A model generated the notes under the pieces. The model searched no databases. It was not told the origin of the DNA and worked only from the letters and a program-made list of their open reading frames with translations. Of a DNA stretch of 64,000 nt, positions 7,722 to 16,949 are shown in pieces; positions within the stretch are counted from its first letter, which is position 1, and every line of letters starts with the position of its first letter. Origin of the DNA: Vulcanimicrobiota bacterium (GTDB lineage Bacteria > Vulcanimicrobiota > Vulcanimicrobiia > Eremiobacterales > Eremiobacteraceae); contig CAWETU010000001.1 in the NCBI GenBank assembly GCA_963812135.1, positions 1,632,001-1,696,000 of the forward strand, read 5' to 3'. The position numbers and the translations under genes were made by a program.

Positions 7722-10397
7722 TTACGGTGCGGGTGTGATCACTTGCGCGCTCAGCGCGGCGTTGGCCACCCCTCGAACCGCCTCGAGATTGGCCGTGGTG
7801 ACCTCGTCGAGCGACCCGCGGTTGAGCGTCTGCGAGATGCGCGCCGACAGCGATGCGAGCTGATGTCGCGCCAAGGCGGATGCATCGCTCGGCGTTCCAT
7901 AGTCCGGCCGCAGCGCGATGTGCGCCAACAACTGCGCGTATTTGTACTGCAAGGTCCGGTGCACCGCAGGGATGGTCCGCAGCCCCGATTGCGAGAGATC
8001 GCCATACACGCTTTGGTACGTCCAGTCGAACAGATCCGCGAGGCTCATCGTCTGACCGGGTTTGGACGTCCGCAGTTCCATGCTGTCGAGACGCGACATC
8101 ACGTTGGGCTGGAACATGCGCCGCAGCGTGCCGTACTGGAAGTTCGTGATCGAGACCTCGATCGGGAAATCCAGCCGCCCCGTGTCGTTGGGATCGCTCT
8201 GCCAGTGGTTGTAGCGCGTCGCGCCCATGCTGTTGATGAGCTGCGGCGAGATGCGGAAGGCGTTGTCACCGAACACGTAGTTGTCCAGCAAGAGATAGGC
8301 TTGGCGCTCCTGGTCGCGCGGCAGCGGGATGAACGGCGTGCGCGCGTTGGGATCGCCCTTGTGATTGCGTGTGAAGTACTCGGCGCCCATGTACGTCGTC
8401 GCGTAGATCGTATAACGATACCAGTTGCGCAGCACGAGCGCGACGTCGCGCCGCACGATCTCGTAGCTGTCGCCGGTCTGCGGCCGGCGCGACAACAAGA
8501 TGTTGAACATGCGCTGATCGATCGCCAAGTTGTTGCGCGCGAACAGCAGCGGGTTAGTGGTGAGATCGAAGGGCATCGCACGCGGGTCGGTCGCGAATCC
8601 GTCCGCGAACGACGAGTCTTCGTCCGTCGCGTACTGCAGTTCGGGGCGCGTGTATTGCGACGCGAGCGCTTTCAAGGTCGGCATTTCGCCCTCGGGAGAG
8701 CTCGCCGAGATCGGCTCATAGCCGTATTTGATCTGCGCGTAGTCCCACGGGCCGATCGTCAGCATGAAGAGATCGCCCTGCGGCTGGCCATGCGGCGACA
8801 GATTGACCGGCGTATATTCCATGACCGAATTGACGATGCCGTGCGTGCTCGTGAACGACTTGTTCTGGACTTGGGACATCGAGTAGACCATGGAGCCCTG
8901 GAAGTTGTGTCGCAGCCCGAGCGTGTGCCCGAACTCGTGCAGCATGATCTGCTTGATGCTGTCCGACGTGAACTGCGGCGACGGACCGCTCAGGCGTCCG
9001 TCCAGCTCCATCGCAAGTTGCGCCCAGTCGCGTTGTGCAGCGACCTCCGATGCGAGCGCGCAATCGTGCAGCTGGCACGCGAAGCGCGCCGCGGCAGATT
9101 GGTCGGATTGGTTGCGCGTCGGATCGATCAGCTCTTGATAGTTGACCGTGTAGGCGCGCACGATGTTCGCGTCCATGATCACTTCGCCGCGGAAGATCTC
9201 GCCGGTGAGCGGGTTCACAATCGACGGCCCAGCCGCGCCGAACGCGGGGATCGGGGTGGTCGCCCAGCGCACGACAGAATAGCGCGCGTCGTCAGGATCC
9301 CAGTTGGGATCGTCCGGCTGCTGGCGCACCTCGATCGCGTGCGTGATGCCGATGGCTTCAAACGCCTTGTTCCACTCGAGCATCGCTTCGCGCAGCGGCG
9401 GGCGGTACTCCGGCGGCACCTCGTTGAGGATATAGTACACGATCGGGTTCTTGGCGGGCGACACGCGCGCGTTGGGATCCGTCTTCTCGATGTTCCAGCG
9501 GTTGATGTAAACCTCGAAGCTGGTAAGACCGCGCTGCTGGTCGTCGTACTGGCGGCGCGCGGTGAGGAAGTAGCCGACGCGATCGTCGGCCAACCGCGGG
9601 CGGTAGCCGTCGTTGGGCAGCTCGAGAATGCTGTCGTGGATCTTCAGGAACAGGCTGCGGTTGTCGGGCACGGCGTCGATGTTAGGGTCGCCGGTGCTCG
9701 AGCTCCACGTCATATCCGTTTCGACCTCGACGTTCTTCGGGAACGACTTGGTCGGACCGAAATAGCTCAGCGCGGGATTGAGCCCGTAGCGGGCGAGCGG
9801 GTAGGAGCCGGGGTAGTTGATCTGGCTCGTGACGTCGTTGATGTCGGCGAGCAAGAAGTCGGCGGGGATGACGATGTTGCCGGTCGCCTTGTCCACCGAT
9901 GCGATGGCGACCGCGCCGATCGCCGAGGGCGGGAACGAGTTCTCGACGCTCAGCGCTGCTGGCGTGCCCGGCTTGGCTTTGCCGTACGAGTTATCAGAAA
10001 ACACGATGACCCGATCGCCGGTGCGATGGAAGCGTAGCAGGTACGACCCGAAAGGGATGCCCGACACGAGGAAGCGCTGCGCGTCGATGCCGTTGACGAG
10101 CGTCGGCACGAGCAGGTATTGCGTATCGAGTTGCGTCGGCGCGATCTCGAAATACACCCGCCCCGACTTGCGCCATACGGTGAACAGGCCCGGCTGCGAT
10201 TCGGCGTTCTGTTTGAACGTCTCATACGGAGCGCCGGTCACGTCACCGGCGGAGACCGCCGCGGGACCTGGGCTGCCGACTGGGGTGATTGAGACTGGAA
10301 TCGCCACCACGCCCGCCGCGTGCGCCGAATTCGGTACCGAGGCGACGCATGCAAGTGCCGCGATGCACGCGAGGATCGCGCTGCTGATATAACGCAA
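7722..10397 (-). CDS. Secreted zinc-dependent metalloprotease (metzincin, EcxA/DUF4953-like)
   Basis: HEFGHTLGLRHN zinc motif, Met-turn SVMEY, YRPRLADDRVGYF motif, signal peptide. Confidence 0.9.
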   Translation of the reverse strand: MRYISSAILACIAALACVASVPNSAHAAGVVAIPVSITPVGSPGPAAVSAGDVTGAPYETFKQNAESQPGLFTVWRKSGRVYFEIAPTQLDTQYLLVPTLVNGIDAQRFLVSGIPFGSYLLRFHRTGDRVIVFSDNSYGKAKPGTPAALSVENSFPPSAIGAVAIASVDKATGNIVIPADFLLADINDVTSQINYPGSYPLARYGLNPALSYFGPTKSFPKNVEVETDMTWSSSTGDPNIDAVPDNRSLFLKIHDSILELPNDGYRPRLADDRVGYFLTARRQYDDQQRGLTSFEVYINRWNIEKTDPNARVSPAKNPIVYYILNEVPPEYRPPLREAMLEWNKAFEAIGITHAIEVRQQPDDPNWDPDDARYSVVRWATTPIPAFGAAGPSIVNPLTGEIFRGEVIMDANIVRAYTVNYQELIDPTRNQSDQSAAARFACQLHDCALASEVAAQRDWAQLAMELDGRLSGPSPQFTSDSIKQIMLHEFGHTLGLRHNFQGSMVYSMSQVQNKSFTSTHGIVNSVMEYTPVNLSPHGQPQGDLFMLTIGPWDYAQIKYGYEPISASSPEGEMPTLKALASQYTRPELQYATDEDSSFADGFATDPRAMPFDLTTNPLLFARNNLAIDQRMFNILLSRRPQTGDSYEIVRRDVALVLRNWYRYTIYATTYMGAEYFTRNHKGDPNARTPFIPLPRDQERQAYLLLDNYVFGDNAFRISPQLINSMGATRYNHWQSDPNDTGRLDFPIEVSITNFQYGTLRRMFQPNVMSRLDSMELRTSKPGQTMSLADLFDWTYQSVYGDLSQSGLRTIPAVHRTLQYKYAQLLAHIALRPDYGTPSDASALARHQLASLSARISQTLNRGSLDEVTTANLEAVRGVANAALSAQVITPAP

Positions 10398-10498
10398 GGG
10401 AAAATAGACCTCCAGGTTGAGTGCCCTGACAACGCCGTTGGGGGCCGGAGTACGACAAACGCAGGGCCGCGACCTTGAGGCCGTCGTAAGGCTGATGC

Positions 10499-11536
10499 GT
10501 GGACAGTCAGACGATCGCGCTTGCAGTGCGTTTCCTCACAACGGTGGTGCCCAAAGCATCCGCTGATCTCCGGCGTCTGCGGACGCGCGCGGCGGCGATT
10601 CAAGACGCGGCGATCCGGCGTGAAGCGCTCGCCAGCATTCGCCATAAGGCTTTCCACGTGCACGGCGGGTGCGTGTTCGCCACCTTTTTGCCACCCGCCG
10701 AAATCGCGCGGTACGTGTCGCTGATCGCCTCGTTCGAAACCGCGGTCGACTATCTCGACAACCTTTGCGATCGCATCGGCAACGCGGACGAGGATGATTT
10801 CCGCGCACTGCACGAGGCGCTGATCGATGCGGTCACGCCCGCCGCGCCGCTGCGCGACTACTTCCGCAAACGGACGGGTGATGACGGCGGCTATCTCGCG
10901 CAGCGCGTCGCGGAGTCCCAAGCTGGGTTCGGCCGGCTTCCCTCCTTTGACGTCGCTCGCGCCGGCATCCTTGATGTCACACAGCGATATTGCGAACTCC
11001 AAGCGGTCAAACATCTACAGCCCGGCGAGCGCGAGCGCCGCACCGAGACGGCATTCGCATCGGTTGCTCCCGATCTGCATTGGTGGGAAGGAGCGGCAGC
11101 GAGCGGGTCGACGATGGCGACCTTTGCGCTTGCCTTCGCCGCGACGACATCGGCGTTGGCCGAAAGCCGCGCGCGCGAGATCTACGCGGCATACTTCCCT
11201 TACTTCACCGCGTTGCACATATTGCTCGATTATTTCGTCGATCAAGCCGAAGACCGAGAGCACGGCGAGCTCAATTTCGTGGCCTGCTATCCGAACGCCG
11301 ACGAGGCGCACGCCGGTATCGCTCGCATCGCTCGGCTCGCGCTGCAACGCGTGACCGCACTCGACGAGCCTGAACCGCATGTCTTCGCGCTGCGCGCGAT
11401 GTGCGGCTACTATTGCACTCGGCCGACGCTGTCGAAAGCGGCGCGCAGCGCCGCGTTGAAGATCATGCGCGAAGCGGGCGTGGACGTCGACCCGCATCCG
11501 CTGCTCAAACTTTATGCGCGCATGGCCCGCACGTAG
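10499..11536 (+). CDS. Tetraprenyl-beta-curcumene synthase family (YtpB/DUF2600, class IB terpene synthase)
   Basis: Motifs DYLDNLCDR, DDGGYL, WWE..AASGST and LHILLDYFVDQAED..HGELNF. Confidence 0.85.
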   Translation: MDSQTIALAVRFLTTVVPKASADLRRLRTRAAAIQDAAIRREALASIRHKAFHVHGGCVFATFLPPAEIARYVSLIASFETAVDYLDNLCDRIGNADEDDFRALHEALIDAVTPAAPLRDYFRKRTGDDGGYLAQRVAESQAGFGRLPSFDVARAGILDVTQRYCELQAVKHLQPGERERRTETAFASVAPDLHWWEGAAASGSTMATFALAFAATTSALAESRAREIYAAYFPYFTALHILLDYFVDQAEDREHGELNFVACYPNADEAHAGIARIARLALQRVTALDEPEPHVFALRAMCGYYCTRPTLSKAARSAALKIMREAGVDVDPHPLLKLYARMART

Positions 11537-11543
11537 CAGTCGG

Positions 11544-11565
11544 AGCGGTCGAATTTTTTCGACCG
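11544..11565. repeat. REP-like palindrome family A, degenerate copy
   Basis: AGCGGTCGAATTTTTTCGACCG matches the reverse complement of the 29010 element at 21/22 nt. Confidence 0.7.
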
Positions 11566-11568
11566 TCA

Positions 11569-11577
11569 TGCTATAAT
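11569..11577 (+). promoter_or_regulatory. Extended -10 promoter of rnpB
   Basis: TGcTATAAT about 7 nt upstream of the RNase P RNA 5' end. Confidence 0.8.
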
Positions 11578-11583
11578 GCTCGG

Positions 11584-11953
11584 GCCGAGCGTGCCGGACG
11601 ATCGCGGGCGGCATGGCCGCTTGAGGAAAGTCCGGGCTCTATCGGGCGAAGATGCCAGCTAACGGCTGGTCGGGGCAACCCGAAGGAAAGTGCCACAGAA
11701 ACATACCGCCCAGGGCGAAAGCCCTGCGGTAAGGGTGAAATGGTGCGGTAAGAGCGCACCGTGGCCATCGAGAGATGGCTGACGGGCAAACCCCATCTGG
11801 AGCAAGACGGTTGGGATCGTCTTCGCAAGGAGACGCCGGCTGCCCGCCGGTTCCCACATCACGTCGCATCAGGCGTCCGGCGACGGACGTCGCAGAGAGA
11901 TGATCGTCGCGGCTTCGGCCGCTACAGAACCCGGCTTACAGGCACGTCTCGGC
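11584..11953 (+). ncRNA. rnpB: RNase P RNA, bacterial type A
   Basis: Conserved GAGGAAAGTCCGGGCT, GGAAAGTGCCACAGAAA, AAGGGTGAAATGGTGCGGTAAGAGCGCACC and ACAGAACCCGGCTTA; P1 helix GCCGAGCGTGCC/GGCACGTCTCGGC. Confidence 0.97.
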
Positions 11954-11967
11954 GTTTTCTTTCGACT

Positions 11968-12369
11968 TCAGGTCGCGCGTTTGCGCGACAGCGGCTTGCG
12001 AGCCGCGAATCCTTCTTCTACTGTGTGCCAGTACCCGATCTGCGCTTCGTCCATCTTCCAGCACAGGTTGACGAGCTGGCCGCCGCGCAACGCGGGAAAA
12101 TCGACCAGCCCAAGATCGATGTCCTTGACGATGCACTCATGGCGTTGAATCGCCTCGATGCGGGCGTTGATCTCTTCTTGCAGCTCGCGTGCTTCGCGGC
12201 GCAGCACGACCGGATCACGGCCCTCGCTCGTCGCGGCGCCGAACCCGAGCGCCAGCTCTGCCTCGAGCAGCGCGATGGCGTAGTCGCGACGGCGGCGCAT
12301 CACCTCCACCAGCAGGGGCTTGATGACAGGCAACAGCGCGGTGGCTTCTTCGAGCCGGAAAATCTTCAC
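11968..12369 (-). CDS. DUF2203 family protein
   Basis: FRLEEATALLP and VKDIDLGLVDFP...LCWK..E..I.YWH..EEGFAARKPL signature. Confidence 0.9.
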   Translation of the reverse strand: MKIFRLEEATALLPVIKPLLVEVMRRRRDYAIALLEAELALGFGAATSEGRDPVVLRREARELQEEINARIEAIQRHECIVKDIDLGLVDFPALRGGQLVNLCWKMDEAQIGYWHTVEEGFAARKPLSRKRAT

Positions 12370-12447
12370 GTGCGCGCAGTTCGCCTCGCGGCGCGCCTCC
12401 TCCGCTGTGGCGGGGCCTGGTTGGGCGGATAGCCAATACTCAATGCG

Positions 12448-13365
12448 GTGAAGTCAAGAGCGATCGAGCAGCCCGCAACCAACGCCCGCGAACCGGTGCG
12501 CGCGCTGCCCTCACCGCACGTCGTCATCGTGACAGGCATGTCAGGCGCCGGCAAGAGCCAGGCGGCCAAATGCCTCGAGGATCTGGGCTACTTCTGCGTG
12601 GACAACCTGCCGCCCAGCCTCATCCCCAAATTCGCCGAATTGTTCTCCAGCAGCCGCAATCTTCACCGGGTCGCGCTTGTGTTGGACATCCGGGCTGAGG
12701 AGATGTTCGGCGATCTGCTCGGGCAGCTGCGCGCACTCGAAAATGAGGGCATCGCGCATCGCGTCGTGTTTCTCGACGCGAGCGACGAGGTGCTCGTGCG
12801 ACGCTACTCAGAGACGCGCCGCAAGCATCCGCTTTCCGGCCGCGGTCGCGTGCTCGATAGCATCAGCGCGGAGCGCAACGAGCTCAAGCCGGTGCGCGAT
12901 GCGGCCGACGTCATCATCGACACCTCATCGCTGACGCTCACCGCGCTCAAGGAACGGCTTGCCCACGCCGCCGATGCCACCGCGGAGCCCGGCGTGCTCA
13001 CGGTCTCAGTCGTGGCGTTCGGATACAAATACGGCGTGCCGCTCGATGCCGATCTCGTCTTCGACGTCCGCTTTCTTCCGAACCCCAACTACGTCGACGA
13101 GCTGCGACCGCTCACCGGCACGCATCCCGCCGTCGTCGCGTACTTGGAGAACGATGCCGAGGTGCAAGCTTTCGAGAAAGAGCTGTTCCGCTTTGTCGAT
13201 TTCTTGATCCCCAGGTTCATGCGCGAGGGCAAGGCGCATTTGACGATCGCGATCGGATGCACCGGCGGACGCCATCGTTCCGTCTATCTCGCGACCGAGC
13301 TCGCCGCGCACCTGCGCGCGTCCAATGTCCGCACGTTCGTGGAGCTGCGCGATGAGCGAAAATAA
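12448..13365 (+). CDS. rapZ: RNase adapter RapZ/YvcJ (P-loop protein)
   Basis: TGMSGAGKS, CVDNLPP, RRYSETRRKHP, DVRFLPNP and GCTGGRHRSV. Start uncertain. Confidence 0.95.
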   Translation: MKSRAIEQPATNAREPVRALPSPHVVIVTGMSGAGKSQAAKCLEDLGYFCVDNLPPSLIPKFAELFSSSRNLHRVALVLDIRAEEMFGDLLGQLRALENEGIAHRVVFLDASDEVLVRRYSETRRKHPLSGRGRVLDSISAERNELKPVRDAADVIIDTSSLTLTALKERLAHAADATAEPGVLTVSVVAFGYKYGVPLDADLVFDVRFLPNPNYVDELRPLTGTHPAVVAYLENDAEVQAFEKELFRFVDFLIPRFMREGKAHLTIAIGCTGGRHRSVYLATELAAHLRASNVRTFVELRDERK

Positions 13366-14722
13366 CAACGGCCGCAATACGCTCTCCCACGCCATGCGCT
13401 GGCTGACCCCGGGCATGAAGGTCAAGCGCTGGCTCTTCCTCGCCATCGCCGGCGGCGCGCTCTTCCTCAACGGCTTCGGCCGGCTGATCAGCTCTGCGAA
13501 ATTCTTAAACCTTCACGTCAACGAGTACATCAATCGCCAGCTCATCGGCCACGACATGATCTCGCCGGTCACGATCGAGTGGGTCTTCATGATCCTGGGG
13601 CTGTTCGGCGTGTACTTCGGCATCCGCCAGTGGATGCGCTCGATCGTGTCCGCCGTGAGCCCTCGCGACGAAGAGCGGCTTGCCGACGTGATCTACGAGC
13701 GGCGGCAACTCGCGCGCGGCTATCGCATCGTCGCAATCGGCGGCGGCACGGGCCTTTCGACATTGCTGCGCGGGCTCAAGGAATACACCGCGAACCTGAC
13801 GGCGATCGTGACGGTCGCCGACGACGGCGGCTCGAGCGGCAGGCTGCGCCACGAGCTGGGCGTGCTGCCGCCGGGCGACATCCGCAACTGTTTGGTCGCC
13901 CTCGCCGACAACGAATCGACGATGGCCGAGCTGTTCCAATACCGCTTCAACGAAGGCGACGGGCTGTCGGGGCATTCGTTCGGCAATCTGTTCTTGGCCG
14001 CGATGTGCGGCATCGCCGGCGACTTCGACCGCGCGATCAAAGAGAGCAGCCGCGTGCTGGCGATCAAAGGGCGCGTGCTGCCGTCGACGCTGGCCAACGT
14101 TTCCCTCGAAGCGACGCTGGCTGACGGCTCGATCGTCCGCGGCGAGACGGCCATCTCGCAATCGACGTCCGCGATCGCCTCCGTCCGATTGGTCCCCGAG
14201 AATTCGGAACCGCTCGACGAAGCGATCGAAGCGATCTTGGCGGCGGACGCCATCATCCTCGGCCCAGGCAGCCTGTATACCAGCGTCATGCCGAACCTGC
14301 TGGTACCGGGGATCGCCGAAGCCGTGGAACGTTCCATGGCGTTTAAGATCTACGTGTGCAATATCATGACGCAGCCGGGCGAGACCGACGGGATGACTGC
14401 CGCGGACCATGTGCACGCACTGCTGGACGGTACCCACCGCCAGCTTTTCGAGTACGCGTTGGTGAACGTCGAACAGCCGTCGCGCTTGCTAAAGCGTTAC
14501 GAGCTTGAGCGTGCCTTCCAGGTGCGGCCTGACGTCAAAGCCGTGACCGCGATGGGCGTGACGCCGATCTTCGGCAAGTTCGTCTCAGAGACGCAGCTCG
14601 TGCGCCACGACGCGGGCAAGCTCGCCAACAGCCTCATGAAACTGATCTTCGACAAGCTCGAGGGGCGAGGCGTCGAGACGAACATCCCGCAAGTCATCAG
14701 CGGCCAAGCCTCCGCCCGCTAA
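13352..14722 (+). CDS. yvcK: YvcK/GlmR family protein with N-terminal membrane extension
   Basis: IGGGTGLSTLLRGLK, DDGGSSGRLR, PPGDIRNC and GPGSLYTS; ATG at 13352 overlaps the rapZ end. Confidence 0.93.
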   Translation: MSENNNGRNTLSHAMRWLTPGMKVKRWLFLAIAGGALFLNGFGRLISSAKFLNLHVNEYINRQLIGHDMISPVTIEWVFMILGLFGVYFGIRQWMRSIVSAVSPRDEERLADVIYERRQLARGYRIVAIGGGTGLSTLLRGLKEYTANLTAIVTVADDGGSSGRLRHELGVLPPGDIRNCLVALADNESTMAELFQYRFNEGDGLSGHSFGNLFLAAMCGIAGDFDRAIKESSRVLAIKGRVLPSTLANVSLEATLADGSIVRGETAISQSTSAIASVRLVPENSEPLDEAIEAILAADAIILGPGSLYTSVMPNLLVPGIAEAVERSMAFKIYVCNIMTQPGETDGMTAADHVHALLDGTHRQLFEYALVNVEQPSRLLKRYELERAFQVRPDVKAVTAMGVTPIFGKFVSETQLVRHDAGKLANSLMKLIFDKLEGRGVETNIPQVISGQASAR

Positions 14723-15807
14723 CCTCTCGGTCGCTCTGCCGACACTTCAGCAAGGATCTCTTCGGGCAACCGCCCCTTGCGCAGCTCGCGGACACCGCCC
14801 TTGACTATCAGGGCGGAAGCGGTCGCCATCGCAACGCGCTTTCCCTCGGCGTTGTCGATGTTGCAGGAGCTGACCCGCAATAGCCTGCCACGATGATTCA
14901 CGGTCGCGTCGAGCGTGAAGTCTCCGGAGTTGATGAGGGCTGGTCGTGTGAACCGGATTTGCATATCTAATGTCGCGAAAACATCGCCGGCCGAAAGCGT
15001 GGAATACACCGCCGCGCCCATCGTGAAGTCCGCAGCCCACGCGAGCAGTCCACCGTAGATCGAAGGTCCGCCGTTCGAGAACCAGGCTGACGACGGCAGG
15101 ACCGCCGTGAGCCGGCCGTCCTCAACCGACGTCGGACGATAGCCGGTAAGTTGCCATGCAGGAAAGACTTTTTCGCCGGCGATCGTTCGCCGTTGCAGGT
15201 CGATTGGAGTCCCGTTCATCACCTCATCAAGGCCGAAGTAGCCGTCTTCGGGGGCCGGCCGCAGATAGGGATCCACCGGATCCGACGGCCCAACATCAGG
15301 CGGCGGGTATTCGGCTTGCAGGTCTACCGGTACGTCGGAGATCAGGCACCGGGTGCTCCCAAATGCGAGCAGGCGCCCTTCGTGATCGGTGATCTGGATG
15401 GTCGACAATCCCACCTGATTGCCCGAATGAATGGTCTCGGCGCGCCCTATCATGTTCGTCGTCTTCCTGCTCATCGGCCTGACGAACGACATGCTGAGCT
15501 CCGATGTCGCGACCGTCTTACCTGCGGGCAGCGTCGTCCAGATCGCGGCGGCCAGCGGCGCATCGGCGAAGAGCGCGTACACGCCGCCCCAATACAAGCC
15601 GAAGCCGTCCTCCAACCATCGCGTCAACGGCATCGTGAACGTCGTCTTGCCGAGGCCTGCTTCGGTCGGCCGCATCCCAAGCAGTCGAGACATAGGAGGG
15701 GCCGGCAGTTCGCCGCGGATGTAACGCCTGAACGTTTCCAGACCCGGTTTCTGAAACGCGCGCAGATCTCCGATCGAACCTCTGGCCCGCTCGTTCATGT
15801 GGCTCAT
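14719..15807 (-). CDS. Tandem hotdog-fold PaaI-family thioesterase
   Basis: Two PaaI-like repeats (WGGVYALFAD...TSELSMSFVRP; YGGLLAWAAD...TLDMQIRFTRP). Confidence 0.85.
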   Translation of the reverse strand: MSHMNERARGSIGDLRAFQKPGLETFRRYIRGELPAPPMSRLLGMRPTEAGLGKTTFTMPLTRWLEDGFGLYWGGVYALFADAPLAAAIWTTLPAGKTVATSELSMSFVRPMSRKTTNMIGRAETIHSGNQVGLSTIQITDHEGRLLAFGSTRCLISDVPVDLQAEYPPPDVGPSDPVDPYLRPAPEDGYFGLDEVMNGTPIDLQRRTIAGEKVFPAWQLTGYRPTSVEDGRLTAVLPSSAWFSNGGPSIYGGLLAWAADFTMGAAVYSTLSAGDVFATLDMQIRFTRPALINSGDFTLDATVNHRGRLLRVSSCNIDNAEGKRVAMATASALIVKGGVRELRKGRLPEEILAEVSAERPRG

Positions 15808-16949
15808 CGTGGTAGCCCCTCTGCGAGTTGGAACGCGGCGCTTTCGATTAGCTCCGGCGCGCGGCGCATAGCTTCGTCCAGCGGCATTGTCGCAGGTGCA
15901 ACCGCAAAAGCTTTCTCTATTCCCGCCGACTCGATTTCGTCTTCGGACAGCGCAATGCTGCCTGCAAGCGCAACGACCGGAATCGCGCGCGCGCGCGCGG
16001 CCTGGGCAACGGCGTAGGGCGCCTTTCCGCTCAACGTCTGCTTGTCAAGGCGGCCCTCGCCTGTGACGACCAGGTCGGCGTCTTCGAGGTGGCGCTGGAA
16101 ATCGAGCACATCCAAGACAAGTTCGGCGCCCGGTCGCAGCAGCGCGCCGGCGAGCGCCAGAAAGCCGCCGCCGAATCCGCCAGCCGCTCCGGCGCCCGGC
16201 ACGTCGCGGATGTCCGAGCCCGTGAGGTGCGCTGTCACCGACGCGAACTGCGCGAGCGCGGCGTCGAGCTGCCGCACTTCCTCAGGACTCGCGCCCTTTT
16301 GCGGACCATAGATCGCCGACGCGCCGTTGGGACCGCACAGCGGGTTCGTTACGTCCGATGCGATCTCGATGGTGACCCCGTGCAGGCGCGCGTCGAGCGC
16401 GGACGCGTCAACGCGGTTCAATCGCGCTAGCGCGGCGCCACCTGGCGGTAATTCGCGCCTGGACTCGTCGAGGAAGCGTGCGCCCAGCGCTGCGAGCGCG
16501 CCGGTGCCTGCGTCGTTGGTCGCGCTGCCGCCGATAGCCACGATGATGCGCTTCGCTCCGGCGTCGAGCGCCGCTGCGATGAGCTCGCCGGTGCCCCGAG
16601 ACGTCGCGGTCATCGGATCATTCGTGCCTGGCGGCATCAGCGCCAGGCCACTGGCTTGTGCCATCTCGACAACAGCCAGTCCGCGCTCGGGTATGAGCCC
16701 GTAGCGGGCGAGGACGGGGGCGCCGCTCGGGCCCGTGACCGTCGCTTCGACTTCGCGACCGCCGAGGGCTGAGACGAGCGCATCGAGCGTCCCATCGCCG
16801 CCATCGGCGACCGGCACCAAATCATAGGAAGCATCGGGGAAAACGCGTTTGAAGCCGGCCTCGATCGCTTGCGCCACTTCGATGCCGCGCAAGCTACCCT
16901 TGAACTTGTCCGGTGCGATGACGATTTTGCGAAACGGCGGCGGGCCTGC
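15804..16949 (-). CDS. garK: Glycerate kinase (GarK/GlxK family); start codon unresolved
   Basis: PVADGGDGT, GGSATNDAG, GAGAAGG and TGEGRLD..TLSGKAP. The conserved N-terminal KIVIAPDKFKGS lies upstream of the listed TTG (16892), in frame back to the TGA at 16950-16952. Confidence 0.9.
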   Translation of the reverse strand, partial: AGPPPFRKIVIAPDKFKGSLRGIEVAQAIEAGFKRVFPDASYDLVPVADGGDGTLDALVSALGGREVEATVTGPSGAPVLARYGLIPERGLAVVEMAQASGLALMPPGTNDPMTATSRGTGELIAAALDAGAKRIIVAIGGSATNDAGTGALAALGARFLDESRRELPPGGAALARLNRVDASALDARLHGVTIEIASDVTNPLCGPNGASAIYGPQKGASPEEVRQLDAALAQFASVTAHLTGSDIRDVPGAGAAGGFGGGFLALAGALLRPGAELVLDVLDFQRHLEDADLVVTGEGRLDKQTLSGKAPYAVAQAARARAIPVVALAGSIALSEDEIESAGIEKAFAVAPATMPLDEAMRRAPELIESAAFQLAEGLPR

